NCBI GenBank assembly: GCA_000934665.2
Contig: JYFJ02003099.1
Span: forward strand, 1-46,452
DNA length: 46,452 bases
Reading direction: 5' to 3'
From: Catajapyx aquilonaris
Taxonomy: Eukaryota
Shown here: in pieces, positions 45,102-46,452 of the stretch
How the letters are laid out: the number at the start of each line of letters is the position of its first letter
Position numbering within the stretch: position 1 is the first letter of the stretch
Position numbers and translations under genes: made by a program
The notes under the pieces: model-generated
Databases searched by the model: none
What the model was told of the DNA's origin: nothing
The model's input: the letters and a program-made list of their open reading frames with translations, nothing else

Positions 45102-46023
45102 CAGGGGTTAGACAAAATAATGGGGCCCCCTGCAAAAAGCGGGTGAATTTTCTCCTCCATGTTATTCAAAAACTGGAAAAGTTACAAAGATGACTTTCAC
45201 TGATTTTTGAAGCTTTGTCGATGTACATTTACAGACATGAAGATGACACAAAAATCACAAGAGGAGGGGGAGAAACAAAAGCCTAACGACGCCCCCCGCC
45301 CCCGCCCCCATTTTTGACCAAAGAGTCCCACCTTTTTCATTTGAAAACGAAAACCGTTACATATATGGACTTTACTGGATTTTGAAGCTCTATCGATGTC
45401 ACTTTGTGTGGTATAGAGGTGGACCAAAATGACTGACAGGGGGCAGTGGGAAAAATAGCAAGGACACCACCCGTTCCCCGGCACTAAATCTGAGAAGAGG
45501 TTATATATAATAATGTATAGTATGTTTAGATCGAATTTTCGTCCCACTGCTAGTTCTACTAACTTAACATTACCATATTTGGCACTGGTACTGCTAAGTT
45601 AGCATTAACTAACAGTGGGACGAAAATTTTCCATTGCTTGCATTCAAGCAATGCCGGGGGAAAGGGGGTGACGTTTGTATTTTTTCCCCCTCCCCTTGTT
45701 GGTAATTTTAGTCCAGCTCTATACCACACAAAGTGACATCCATAGATCTTCAAAATCCTGTAAAGTCCATATCTGTAACTGTTTTCAAATGAAAAGGGTG
45801 GGACACTTTGGTCAAAATTGGGGTCGGGGAGGTTATCGTTCGTCTTTTGTTTCTCTCCCCTTCTCGTGATTTTTGCGTCATCTGCATACCTCAACAAATG
45901 TACATCGAAAGCCCTTCAAAACTAGGTCAAAGTCATCTTGTAACTTTTCCAGTTTTTGAATATAATGGTGGAGAAAATTCACCTGCTTTTTGCAGGGGGC
46001 CCCATTATTTTGTCTAGCCCCTG
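45102..46023. mobile_element. Tc1/mariner-type foldback MITE in cyclophilin intron 2
   Basis: TA-CAGGGG(T/C)TAGACAAAATAATGG termini; imperfect arms of about 380 bp. Confidence 0.88.
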
Positions 46024-46132
46024 TAAGTATTGCATGAGGAAGTGAAATGTTGAATCTTGTGATTCAACTTCGGAGAGTGCAATTACAGGCTAGAAATTAA
46101 TTATCCCTAATCAGCTCAGTTATAAATTTAAA

Positions 46133-46452
46133 TCTAATACATATTTCTCGACGTATATCCGTCTGTCTGTCTTTCTTTTGTGACCTAAACAGATCCATAC
46201 GGAGGCCTCCACATATGCCCGAGGGGTATCACCAGGGGTAGTTTTTTACCGGGAAGGTTCTTAGCGCATTGGAATTGACCTCCGAGGTCCTCCTTGGCCA
46301 CAGGAGGCGAAAAAAACTTTGGAACACTCCTCTAATAATGAGCAATTGGCTGTAAACATCACCTGTCTTGGGTTACCGAGGCAACCACTGAATTCCCAAG
46401 GCCTTGAATCACCCCCTCCCACCTTCCCCCCCCTCCTGTCCCATGCACCCAC
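46133..46452 (+). mobile_element. Possible Helitron-like element 5' end (runs off window)
   Basis: A|TCTAATACATA start followed by CCGTCTGTCTGTC, like the 41545 element. Confidence 0.4.

Overview
Eukaryotic genomic DNA, probably from an arthropod (inferred from the repeat families and Inr-like motif). Positions 316-41167 hold the 3' part of a HYDIN gene (axonemal central-pair protein) on the + strand. I traced 31 exons by hand; they join in phase into about 2290 codons with no internal stop and end VSWVYYLKGQI*. One intron has a GC donor. A secreted/ER cyclophilin (PPIB/PPIC-like) begins about 3 kb downstream behind a CpG-rich promoter and runs off the window. Introns and intergenic DNA are dense with non-autonomous transposons: Tc1/mariner, pogo/Tigger, piggyBac, PIF/Harbinger and hAT MITEs, Helitron-like elements, four tRNA-headed SINE families and a LINE 3' fragment, often nested. 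I found no new protein-coding system. The most notable features are many long foldback elements inside the HYDIN pre-mRNA (three contain inverted mariner transposase sequence), a mosaic palindromic MITE family, and a shared 3' stem-loop across different SINE families. Homology calls come from recalled family sequences, not from searches.
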